Below, piece by piece: positions 7,574-15,234 of a stretch of 24,000 bases of DNA. Source of the DNA: Promethearchaeia archaeon. GTDB taxonomy: Archaea > Asgardarchaeota > Lokiarchaeia > Sigyniarchaeales > SOKP01. Location of the stretch: assembly GCA_046497275.1 (NCBI GenBank), contig JAWOFX010000064.1:52-24051 (forward strand), written 5' to 3'. The notes under the pieces are model-generated. The model saw nothing but the letters and a program-made list of their open reading frames with translations, did not search any database and had not been told where the DNA came from. The first letter of the stretch is position 1, and each line of letters opens with the position of its first letter. A program made the position numbers and the translations under genes.

Positions 7574-8287
7574 TTACTCTATAAATTTCTCCCATTTTTG
7601 TGTGTTATATTTGTGATTGGATAAATATTCTTTCAAATCTTCTATCAAAACTTCTGGATTATATTCCCAAGCATGATTTTTATTAAAAGAAATGCATTTA
7701 ACATTATTATAACTGAATATTGATTTAAACAATAACCCATAAGAAGCAACTTGAGGTAGAGAATATAAAAAATTACCTTCTGGTTTATAATCTACAATTT
7801 TTATCATCTCTTTCTTAATTTCTATCAAATCAATGTGTCCAGTTATATATTCTCCATTGATTTTTTTCCAAATCGGAGTTTCAATAGCAATAGAATTACG
7901 ATCTCTTATCAATATATTTTTAAGTATTGGATCATGACCAGGATTTTTGTTTATTTTATTTTTTAGAAAATTTTGGTAGACTTCATTCGCAAAACGAGAT
8001 AATTTGTAATCAGAATCGAATTTTATAATCTTTCCGGTGCGAACCAATTGTTTACTATAACTTCTTAAATATGGCCCCTTAATCCCCTTTAGCTTAAAGT
8101 TTGATATTCTTTGAATATTTTTCATATTAAAAATTTGATTAGGCACTCTTCCTTTATAGATCTCTTGAAAAAATTGTTTTAATTTCTTATAATCTTGATT
8201 TAATTGATTAATTTTTTCTAATCGGCTCTTATGATAATGAAAACTATAACGTATATTTTGGTGATAAAAATCTCTTCTATTTAGCAT
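7574..8287 (-). CDS. PD-(D/E)XK nuclease superfamily protein (RecB/Cas4-like core without the Cys cluster)
   Basis: Ordered motifs: E136 (IAIETP), D153 (GHIDLIEI), D166-Y-K168 (KIVDYKPE) and Q179-x3-Y183 (PQVASY). This is the motif I-IV pattern of RecB-family nucleases. The N-terminal ~130 aa is basic and I cannot assign it. Confidence 0.6.
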   Translation of the reverse strand: MLNRRDFYHQNIRYSFHYHKSRLEKINQLNQDYKKLKQFFQEIYKGRVPNQIFNMKNIQRISNFKLKGIKGPYLRSYSKQLVRTGKIIKFDSDYKLSRFANEVYQNFLKNKINKNPGHDPILKNILIRDRNSIAIETPIWKKINGEYITGHIDLIEIKKEMIKIVDYKPEGNFLYSLPQVASYGLLFKSIFSYNNVKCISFNKNHAWEYNPEVLIEDLKEYLSNHKYNTQKWEKFIE

Positions 8288-8526
8288 GGGTTTTTATATA
8301 GAAATTAATATCTTAAATAAAAATAAGAATTTTTGATAATTAAACTCTTTATATTAAAGAATTATTAACTTTCATTGATTAAATTTCCCGACAATATAAA
8401 GAGAATTACAGGGAATAGAAAATTTAGAATTAATCCCTCTAAGATTCACAATATATTATGAAATAAATTCTTAAAAAGATTTATATAAAATGACCTCCAT
8501 CCCCTACTCCAGGAGCGGGGGTAAAA

Positions 8527-8601
8527 GCGGACCCGGCAGGATTCGAACCTGCGACTTTCGGATTAGAAGTCCGACGCCCTATCCAGGCTAGGCTACGAGT
8601 C
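8527..8601 (-). tRNA. tRNA-Arg (anticodon TCT), 75 nt, CCA not encoded
   Basis: Folded by hand. Acceptor GGACUCG/CGGGUCC (one U-G pair), D stem GCCU/GGGC, anticodon stem UCGGA/UCCGA with loop CUUCUAA, T arm GCAGG-UUCGAAU-CCUGC, discriminator G. A TATA-like AATATAAG is centred ~27 nt upstream (8623-8633). Confidence 0.9.
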
Positions 8602-8716
8602 CAATATAACAAAATAAAATTATCTTATATTAAGAATTATAAAGTAAAATCTTTAAATTTTATTATAATCTCCTCTCTAATTTTAAAATCGGCGATATTT
8701 GAGATAAAATCGAAAT

Positions 8717-9862
8717 TTATGATTGATTCAATTTTTGTATAAAAGCATCAATAACAATCATATCAGATTTGGGAGAATATGATTTTATTATATCAGATCT
8801 TTTAATCTCTTTTATTATGAAATCATAACTTTCAATTTTGTTTCTAAATTTTGCTATAGCTTTTCTTATAGAATTTGGTTTCTCACTAAACTGATAATTA
8901 TGGATAATACCGCCCTCCTCCTTAATTAAATTGCATGCTACATCCAAAAATCTCAATGAATCCTCTGGAAAGTTCATAATAATCCTATCTATTTTATTTC
9001 TTAATTGAATTTCAATTTGATTGTGTGGATTTATTAGGTTTCTAATGTCTAAATTAAAAGGAGTAATTGTACCTTTCAAATTATTTATTTCGATATTTTC
9101 CTTCAAATATTTATAGGCAAATGGATTAATATCGAATGCGTATATTTTCACATCATGAAGTTTTGCTATTTGTATTGAAAAAGTTCCAACCCCCGCGAAC
9201 AGATCCGCAATTCTTTCTCCCTTTTCAAAATTTGATTTTGAGACTAATAACCGTTCATGATTTAATCTAGGAGAGAAAAACGTTCTGTTTATGTCAAGAT
9301 TAAATAAACAATCGTTCTCCTTATGTAAGGTTTCTGTTCTCTTCAATCCAGCTAAATATTCCATTTTTCTTAGACGAAAGGTCCCTCTTACTTTACTTTT
9401 TTTCTCATATACACTATTAACATTCTTATTTACCTGAATTATTGCGTTAGCGATTTTTTTCTTGATTTTTCTTTTCTTTTTCATTTTTTCTTCATTTCTA
9501 AATTCTATTATCGCAATTTCTCCAATTATATCATATGAATGAGGGATTAAATTATAATAATTTTTTGAAATCTGACCCTTTAAAACCTCTTCTAATGTTC
9601 TGTGTTCATAATTCTCTCTTTCTTCTGCTTTTAGTTTTATGATTTCAAAATCTAAAAAAGGTTTGATTACTTTCATTAATTCATTTATTTTTTCTGGAGA
9701 GATTTTTAAAGGGAAAAAGACATTATGATTATCTTCTACTATTTTATACTTTTTATTTAAGATAATTTTTTTGGAATAATTCTTTTTAATTAATTTCATA
9801 AATTTTTGAGCTTTTTCCTTAGCGATCTTTACAAAAAAGACCTCATTATTTTTTAGTTTCAT
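8717..9862 (-). CDS. trm5: Trm5/Tyw2-family (Met-10+ domain) tRNA methyltransferase, probably tRNA (m1G37) methyltransferase
   Basis: SAM-binding motif DLFAGVGTFSIQIA and the catalytic-loop equivalent IIMNFPE (the NLP/NPP motif of Trm5). The 381-aa length includes a lysine-rich insert. It overlaps the upstream gene by 17 nt. Confidence 0.75.
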   Translation of the reverse strand: MKLKNNEVFFVKIAKEKAQKFMKLIKKNYSKKIILNKKYKIVEDNHNVFFPLKISPEKINELMKVIKPFLDFEIIKLKAEERENYEHRTLEEVLKGQISKNYYNLIPHSYDIIGEIAIIEFRNEEKMKKKRKIKKKIANAIIQVNKNVNSVYEKKSKVRGTFRLRKMEYLAGLKRTETLHKENDCLFNLDINRTFFSPRLNHERLLVSKSNFEKGERIADLFAGVGTFSIQIAKLHDVKIYAFDINPFAYKYLKENIEINNLKGTITPFNLDIRNLINPHNQIEIQLRNKIDRIIMNFPEDSLRFLDVACNLIKEEGGIIHNYQFSEKPNSIRKAIAKFRNKIESYDFIIKEIKRSDIIKSYSPKSDMIVIDAFIQKLNQS

Positions 9863-10286
9863 TGGAGTTAGATTTTTTAAATATTATTAGAAATTTACGA
9901 TTAGAATCTCTAATCTTTTTAATTAGATTTCTTGATAATTCGGAAGATGATTTAGAACAATTAATAAGTACCGTTCTATCACAAATATAATTGCTTTTTC
10001 GGAATACTAGATCTTTTTTATTACTTAATATCAAATTTTTATGACCAAATCCATAAAATCTATCGCTTAACCCTTTTAGTTTAATTAAAACTTCAATTCT
10101 TCCCCCTTTCCTTAAATAATCTTTTAAACTTTTATTTAAGTCCTCACAAGCTTTAGTAGCTTTTACCCCAAGAATACAATTTCCCTTGAGTGAAAGAGAA
10201 TCTTCTTTTGTGATTTCGATTGTGGTACTATGAGTACATAAAATATTTGGATGACCTTTGGCATAAACTTTATCCAAAATACTCAT
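9846..10286 (-). CDS. DUF371-like small protein (146 aa)
   Basis: The N-terminal signature AKGHPNILCTHSTTIEITKEDSLSLKGNCILGVKA matches my recollection of the conserved DUF371 core (H-x-N-[IV]-x-x-x-H-x-T-T-x-E-x-T ... G-[DN]-C-I). Its start ATG (10286-10284) overlaps the tgtA stop as TAATG. Confidence 0.5.
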   Translation of the reverse strand: MSILDKVYAKGHPNILCTHSTTIEITKEDSLSLKGNCILGVKATKACEDLNKSLKDYLRKGGRIEVLIKLKGLSDRFYGFGHKNLILSNKKDLVFRKSNYICDRTVLINCSKSSSELSRNLIKKIRDSNRKFLIIFKKSNSNETKK

Positions 10287-11923
10287 TATTGATTAAAATA
10301 ATTTATTATTTCATTAATTGTATTAAATGCACTTATAGGAATTTTATTTTTAGATCTTAAACTTTCGAAAATTTTTTTATAATAAGGATTTTCAAATTTT
10401 TCCTCTTCATGATATTGATTTGTAAAGTATTTTGGCGTCAAAAAGGCGATTTTCTCATATTCTGTAGAAGAATTAATAATTAAACTAATAATTTCACTTG
10501 ATGGTAAAAATTTTGTTTGATATTCTAACAGTTTTGAATTTATTGATTCATATTGTCCCATAGGATAAGTTTGTGATAATTCAAGAGGAATCAGTCCAAA
10601 AAAATCAGAATAAAAAGCAATATGTATATCTTCTCTAGGGATTTTTTCATTGTTTTTAATTTGATCAAGCCAGCAATTAATAGAAGGGGAGTTTATGCCT
10701 TTAAGATCCAGTTCTGGTATTATTAATAAAAATTTTACTCCTTTAGGAATTCTATAACGGTTATTTAATCTCTGCTTATATCTAACTATTATAGGGCGAT
10801 AATAACTTTGGAAAGAATTAAAAAATCGTCCGTGTTTTTTATAGATCTTTTCATAGATCTCCATGAACTCTAGATTTCTGATAATATTTTTTAAACTATT
10901 TGCCAAATTAGGATGAGCAAGGATTCTTTCCTCTATCAATTCCCATAAATTACCATCTCTAATAGCTTGCCTAACTACTTTTAATTCTGAAATAGAAATA
11001 TACAAATTATGTAATGCTAATAATTTAATCTTCTTTTTATTTTCCATTTGCCTAATTTCTTTAGGGGTATATTTAGAACAAATTGGACAATTACATGGAA
11101 ACTCTTTTAATTCATCTAAATTTTTAGTTCCTGTTGTAAGGGTAAAATATCGTTGTTCTTTAGCATATAAAATATATGCTGCTGAATCCATCAAATCACA
11201 TCCGCACGCTACTGCTATTGAAAAGAATTGTGGTAAGCCTAAGCCGAACATATGAAGAGGTTTAGAAGGTGTGATATTTCTTTTGACTGTCAGTAAAATA
11301 TTAATTATTTCTGGGAACCTATAATCTAAAAAGTACTTCACAAGCCCTCCAATTGCATAAATTTCGAAATCCAATTTATTCATTTCCCTGGAGCTTTTCA
11401 TTAATAGATCAGAATATTTGCCTCCATGTATCGGACCCATCCAGCAACATTCTTTTTCTCTTCTTAAAATATTTAATTTTGCCCTTTCAATACTTAATTC
11501 AATTTTCTCCTTTGCTTGGATATAATTATCGTTAGGTTGTACGGGAATATCTAAAATTACCGGAAAATTTGAGCCGATATCTTCTTGAAATTTCTCAATT
11601 TCTAAAGGGGTAATATTTATGTCTTCTTTATTATACATATATTGTTGGAAAGCCCCGCTATCAGTAGCAATTAATCCATTGAAGTTCAAATATTCATTTA
11701 ATCCTTGTTTTAGAACTTTCTGTCTTTCTTCTCTATTCTGATAAAGAATATATGCATTAGTAAAAATACAATTGAATCCTATATGTTGTATTTCTGCAGG
11801 TTTTAAAATATTATCATATGGATGTACAACGGGTATTAAATTTGGAGTAATTAATTTCTTTTTTTTATACTCTAATTCCCCAATTCTTCCTAAAGCATCA
11901 GTATCAAATATTTCATATTTCAT
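10286..11923 (-). CDS. tgtA: archaeosine tRNA-guanine(15) transglycosylase (ArcTGT)
   Basis: N-terminal FDTDALGRIGEL...ITPNLIPVV, the catalytic TDSGAFQ, MFGLGLP, and the zinc site CNCPIC...(22 aa)...H. At 545 aa, the C-terminal ~60 aa does not look like a PUA domain to me. Confidence 0.85.
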   Translation of the reverse strand: MKYEIFDTDALGRIGELEYKKKKLITPNLIPVVHPYDNILKPAEIQHIGFNCIFTNAYILYQNREERQKVLKQGLNEYLNFNGLIATDSGAFQQYMYNKEDINITPLEIEKFQEDIGSNFPVILDIPVQPNDNYIQAKEKIELSIERAKLNILRREKECCWMGPIHGGKYSDLLMKSSREMNKLDFEIYAIGGLVKYFLDYRFPEIINILLTVKRNITPSKPLHMFGLGLPQFFSIAVACGCDLMDSAAYILYAKEQRYFTLTTGTKNLDELKEFPCNCPICSKYTPKEIRQMENKKKIKLLALHNLYISISELKVVRQAIRDGNLWELIEERILAHPNLANSLKNIIRNLEFMEIYEKIYKKHGRFFNSFQSYYRPIIVRYKQRLNNRYRIPKGVKFLLIIPELDLKGINSPSINCWLDQIKNNEKIPREDIHIAFYSDFFGLIPLELSQTYPMGQYESINSKLLEYQTKFLPSSEIISLIINSSTEYEKIAFLTPKYFTNQYHEEEKFENPYYKKIFESLRSKNKIPISAFNTINEIINYFNQ

Positions 11924-11939
11924 ATTTTAAAACACAATA

Positions 11940-12530
11940 TTAATCAAAAAATTCATTTAATCTATTTTTTTTAGAAAGTTCACATAACCAATCGATTTTA
12001 CCAACAGGGTTAAGATTTGGTTCACCATTATTTATTATATCGGTAATTGTTTTTATAATTGAATCAATTGATTTATTCGAAGTGTTAATCTCATAAATTG
12101 GACATTTGAGATCTTTTTCAAGAATATAATTTGTGCTATTTCCTAAAATCTCCGCTTGTAAGTTTTCTCTTATCTTGGATTCTTTATAATCTCTTTTTTC
12201 AAGTCTTTTTCTTAAAATATCAGGATGACATCTTAAGATTATGACTAAATCGATAAATTTTTTTGGAATTATATCCGCAAAATGTCCCTCAATAAAAAAG
12301 TACTTTAATTTTTTTTCTTTTGCTTTCTCTATTATTTTAATAATATAGGGAATCATTTTATCAAAATCCGCTATATAGGTGTCTCTTTTCTTATCATAAT
12401 CTTCATGAAATCCTTTCTTAACTACCAATTCATTTAAGGAAATATATTCAGATTTCTCAAGTTGAGAGATTTCTTTACTTATTGTTGTCTTACCGCACCC
12501 CGGTGTGCCAGTTATTATTATAATTTCCAT
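11940..12530 (-). CDS. fap7: Fap7/AK6-type nucleoside-triphosphatase/adenylate kinase (ribosome-biogenesis factor homolog)
   Basis: P-loop IIITGTPGCGKTT sits right at the N-terminus. LRCHPDILRKRLEKRDY...IRENLQAEI matches the AK6 LID/C-terminal region. I prefer ATG 12530 over the track's TTG 12542 because AK6 P-loops start ~8 residues in. Confidence 0.75.
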   Translation of the reverse strand: MEIIIITGTPGCGKTTISKEISQLEKSEYISLNELVVKKGFHEDYDKKRDTYIADFDKMIPYIIKIIEKAKEKKLKYFFIEGHFADIIPKKFIDLVIILRCHPDILRKRLEKRDYKESKIRENLQAEILGNSTNYILEKDLKCPIYEINTSNKSIDSIIKTITDIINNGEPNLNPVGKIDWLCELSKKNRLNEFFD

Positions 12531-12645
12531 AATTAATATCAAATAATACTTAGAATAATCTTCTGAAAATAATTATATTTTATTCTTAAAATAAAATTAA
12601 TAGTTAAGAAAGGATTTCATTGGGTTATAGTTATAATTCATAAAA

Positions 12646-12722
12646 TGGTGCGGGGAGGGGGCTTCGATCCCCCGACCTCACGGTTATCAGCCGTGCGCTA
12701 TACCAAGCTAAGCCATCTCCGC
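12646..12722 (-). tRNA. tRNA-Ile (anticodon GAT), 77 nt including genomically encoded CCA
   Basis: Folded by hand. Acceptor GCGGAGA/UCCCCGC (A5-C68 mismatch), D stem GCUU/UAGC (U13-U22), anticodon stem CACGG/CCGUG with loop CUGAUAA, T arm GGGGG-AUCGAAG-CCCCC, then A-CCA. The non-canonical positions lower confidence slightly. Confidence 0.8.
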
Positions 12723-12736
12723 AAAGATTTTATTAG

Positions 12737-12780
12737 AATTAACACAATTAGATATTAACTCTTCCTAAATTGTGTTAATT
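12737..12780. repeat. perfect 13-bp inverted repeat AATTAACACAATT-N18-AATTGTGTTAATT
   Basis: Read directly. The left arm is 12737-12749 and the right arm 12768-12780. The proximal arm lies 15-27 nt upstream of the tRNA-Ile 5' end, where its BRE/TATA would be expected. Confidence 0.7.
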
Positions 12781-12872
12781 TTAATAATTTTAATAAAATA
12801 TAGTTAAAAAATTTTTTGACTACTTGAATTAAATATTTATAGAATTAATTACTTAAACACAAATGATTATTA

Positions 12873-13304
12873 ATGTCTGATAAACTTATTTATTCGGTTA
12901 TTGGCTTACAAGATTTCATAATATCTTTTGAAAAATATTGTGACCCCTGTGAAATCCAACAGCATTGCAAATATGGAAAAAACAATCCTTTTTCTATTCA
13001 AATTAATTGTAATGATATTAATAGTTCAAAAGAAAAGATTAAATATGAACAACTAAAAAAATTACAAAAAACAGAAGACGTCACCGTGTCTTACGATGAT
13101 TTAATAAAAAAGATAAAGATAAATTTACAAACAATTTTTTCAGAAATTTGGAAAAATAAGATCAAAAATCAGAAAGAAGAGATAAGATGTCTTGATTCAA
13201 AAAAAGTTGATTCAATTTTAGTAGCACAACAAGGTCAAGATTGGTGGCAAGATTTTAATAAAGTAATGACTAAAATCAATGAAGAATGCGAAATGATTAT
13301 GTAA
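12873..13304 (+). CDS. hypothetical protein (143 aa), K/E-rich with an N-terminal C-x2-C-x6-C patch
   Basis: ATG ORF with a TATA-like AAATATTTATAG ~33 nt upstream. No recognisable family. Confidence 0.5.
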   Translation: MSDKLIYSVIGLQDFIISFEKYCDPCEIQQHCKYGKNNPFSIQINCNDINSSKEKIKYEQLKKLQKTEDVTVSYDDLIKKIKINLQTIFSEIWKNKIKNQKEEIRCLDSKKVDSILVAQQGQDWWQDFNKVMTKINEECEMIM

Positions 13305-13364
13305 ATTTTCAAAAAATACTTTCAGTTTAAATCTTTATTTTGAAAAATTCAATTGTATTAAAAT

Positions 13365-13928
13365 ATGATTTTAAATGATTCTCTCTTCCAAATTTATAAT
13401 AATCTTATCGAAATTGTTTTTATTTTTATGAAATATATCTTAGTCTTGATTCTAATAATAATTGGAATTTTAACTTTATTACGTTTAAGAGGGATATATC
13501 TTAATAAAAAAATTTATAATACTACAGAAATCAAAAATCAGGATCCTCTTAATCAAATAAGGCTTATACTTGGATTCTCTTATATTTTTTTGGGGATTGG
13601 GATTTTATTTAATTATTTGATCTATTTTATGATATGGATTTTGGATCCTTTACCTGATAGAATTGCTTTTTTTCTTTTAAATAAAATAGTGGAAATTCAA
13701 AATTCTCTTAATTTAGATATTGTGACCCCTGATTCATTAAATATTATAAATCTAATTTTCAATTTTTTATCATTTTTATTTTTTTTCGAATTATTACTAA
13801 GCGTTTGGTATTTAATCCATAATAATAAGGTCATAAATAATCCAAGAGGTGCTTTTATAGGTATTATATCTAGTCTTATAGGATGTGTACTTTTCGGTTT
13901 TACCGCTTTCATGCCGCATTTTTTATGA
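13365..13928 (+). CDS. hypothetical integral membrane protein (187 aa, ~4-5 TM helices)
   Basis: Several long hydrophobic segments (ILVLILIIIGILTLL, LILGFSYIFLGIGILFNYLIYFMIWIL, IFNFLSFLFFFELLLSVWYLI, FIGIISSLIGCVLFGFTAF). No family recognised. Confidence 0.55.
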   Translation: MILNDSLFQIYNNLIEIVFIFMKYILVLILIIIGILTLLRLRGIYLNKKIYNTTEIKNQDPLNQIRLILGFSYIFLGIGILFNYLIYFMIWILDPLPDRIAFFLLNKIVEIQNSLNLDIVTPDSLNIINLIFNFLSFLFFFELLLSVWYLIHNNKVINNPRGAFIGIISSLIGCVLFGFTAFMPHFL

Positions 13929-14191
13929 CTTTTTGCAATCATCAATTTTTTATTTTTTCAAAAAGGAGAAAAATCTATTTTGTCGAACTTTATTCATCAT
14001 ATTTAATTAGAAATTTGAGATAGTTGTTTGGGAAAAAGGGATTTGAGATATTTAATAAGAGAAAAAATAAGAAAATAATACAAGATTGGATTCCATTTAT
14101 TAATACTTTGTCCATCAATAAAATTTTTTCATTTTAAGTGATATATTTTTTCTATTTCAATTTTCCTATTTAACTAACAAAACATAAAACG

Positions 14192-14206
14192 AAAGGTTTA
14201 AATATA
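14192..14206 (+). promoter_or_regulatory. strong BRE/TATA-like element AAAGGTTTAAATATA, ~150 nt upstream of tfb
   Basis: The same AAAGGTTTAAA core occurs at 16840 in front of the Flp-like gene, and AAAAGTTTAAAA occurs at 17702 in front of the wHTH gene. Initiation here would give a ~120-nt 5' UTR for tfb. A second TATA-like string (ATTATATAAA, 14313-14322) sits ~29 nt before the ATG. Confidence 0.35.
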
Positions 14207-14345
14207 ATATTTGTGTATAAATAATTTGCAATCGGGTTATTTTCGTTCAGTCACTTAGTATAATTGATTTCCTAACATTAGAGTCATCGCTGGGTTGATT
14301 TAATTTGTGAAAATTATATAAATTTTATATTAATGGGGTTATATT

Positions 14346-15233
14346 ATGGAAATAAAAACAGATATGAATTTGTTAACTAATGTTTGTCCTGAATGTGGGG
14401 GTAAAATTATCCCTATTCAAGAAAAAGGTGAGAATGTCTGTAGAAAATGTGGTTTAGTAGTCAATGAGAGGATCTTAGACATTTCTCATAGTGGAAAGAG
14501 AGCTTTTACAAAACAAGAAAAAGATAAAAGAGCGAGAACGGGATCTCCCATTTCAATCCTTCTACCGGATATGGGTTTGAGTACTGTTATAGATAAATCT
14601 GGGATTAAAAATGCAGATCTTAAAAGAGCAGCAAAATGGAATTCCAGAATGACTTGGGATAAAAGAAATATGTTAATTGCAACCACAGAATTAAAAAGGA
14701 TAGGCAGCAATCTTAATTTACCATCTCATCTAAAAAAAGCTGCGATAAGGCTTTATATTGAGGCTTTTAAAAAGAAATTATTAAGAGGTAGATCAATAAA
14801 TGGTATGGTTGCAGCTTGTCTATATTTTGCCTGCAGAAAAAGTAATGTACCCAGAACTTTACAAGAAATTCTTGATCAAACTTCAGTTAGTGCAAAAAAT
14901 GTAAGAAGATGCTATCGAACTCTAATTAGAGAATTAAAATTGAAAGCTCCATCCACTGATCCCGTTTCTTTAGTCCCTAGATTCGTTGCAGAATTAGCTC
15001 TCAACACCGAGGATGAAAAAACTACAATAAAGATTTTAAAAGCATTTATAAAAAATTTTTCTATAAGTGGTAAAGATCCTAAGGGTTTATGTGCTGGTGC
15101 ATTATATCTGGTTTGTAAGGGTCGAAAGAAAAGGATATCTCAAAAAGAAATCGCAAATTTAGTAGGTGTCACCGAGGTTACCCTTCGATCCAGATATAAG
15201 GAAATTATTAAAAAATTAAATATTAAGATTTAG
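14346..15233 (+). CDS. tfb: transcription initiation factor IIB (TFB)
   Basis: N-terminal zinc ribbon CPECGG-x15-CRKCG followed by two cyclin-like repeats (e.g. RGRSINGMVAACLYFACR and KGLCAGALYLVCK), with a C-terminal HTH-like QKEIANLVGVTEVTLR. Confidence 0.9.
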   Translation: MEIKTDMNLLTNVCPECGGKIIPIQEKGENVCRKCGLVVNERILDISHSGKRAFTKQEKDKRARTGSPISILLPDMGLSTVIDKSGIKNADLKRAAKWNSRMTWDKRNMLIATTELKRIGSNLNLPSHLKKAAIRLYIEAFKKKLLRGRSINGMVAACLYFACRKSNVPRTLQEILDQTSVSAKNVRRCYRTLIRELKLKAPSTDPVSLVPRFVAELALNTEDEKTTIKILKAFIKNFSISGKDPKGLCAGALYLVCKGRKKRISQKEIANLVGVTEVTLRSRYKEIIKKLNIKI

Positions 15234-15234
15234 T

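Noticed and set aside
8489-8590. 33-aa plus-strand ORF (MTSIPYSRSGGKSGPGRIRTCDF...)
   Set aside because: It is the antisense reading of tRNA-Arg and its GC-rich flank, which makes it an artefact.
11353-11535. 60-aa plus-strand ORF
   Set aside because: Antisense inside tgtA.
12531-12542. TTG 12542 as the fap7 start (adds MILI)
   Set aside because: ATG 12530 places the P-loop at the position usual for AK6/Fap7. The difference is only 4 codons.
13697-13945. 82-aa minus-strand ORF
   Set aside because: Antisense to the 187-aa membrane-protein gene, which has coherent TM segments.
13990-14115. 41-aa minus-strand ORF MDKVLINGIQSCIIFLFFLLLNISNPFFPNNYLKFLIKYDE in the tfb upstream region
   Set aside because: It has one hydrophobic stretch, but no SD or clear promoter, and its length is within chance expectation. 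It is kept only as something to test with conservation or Ribo-seq data.
14486-14710. 74-aa minus-strand ORF
   Set aside because: Antisense inside tfb.
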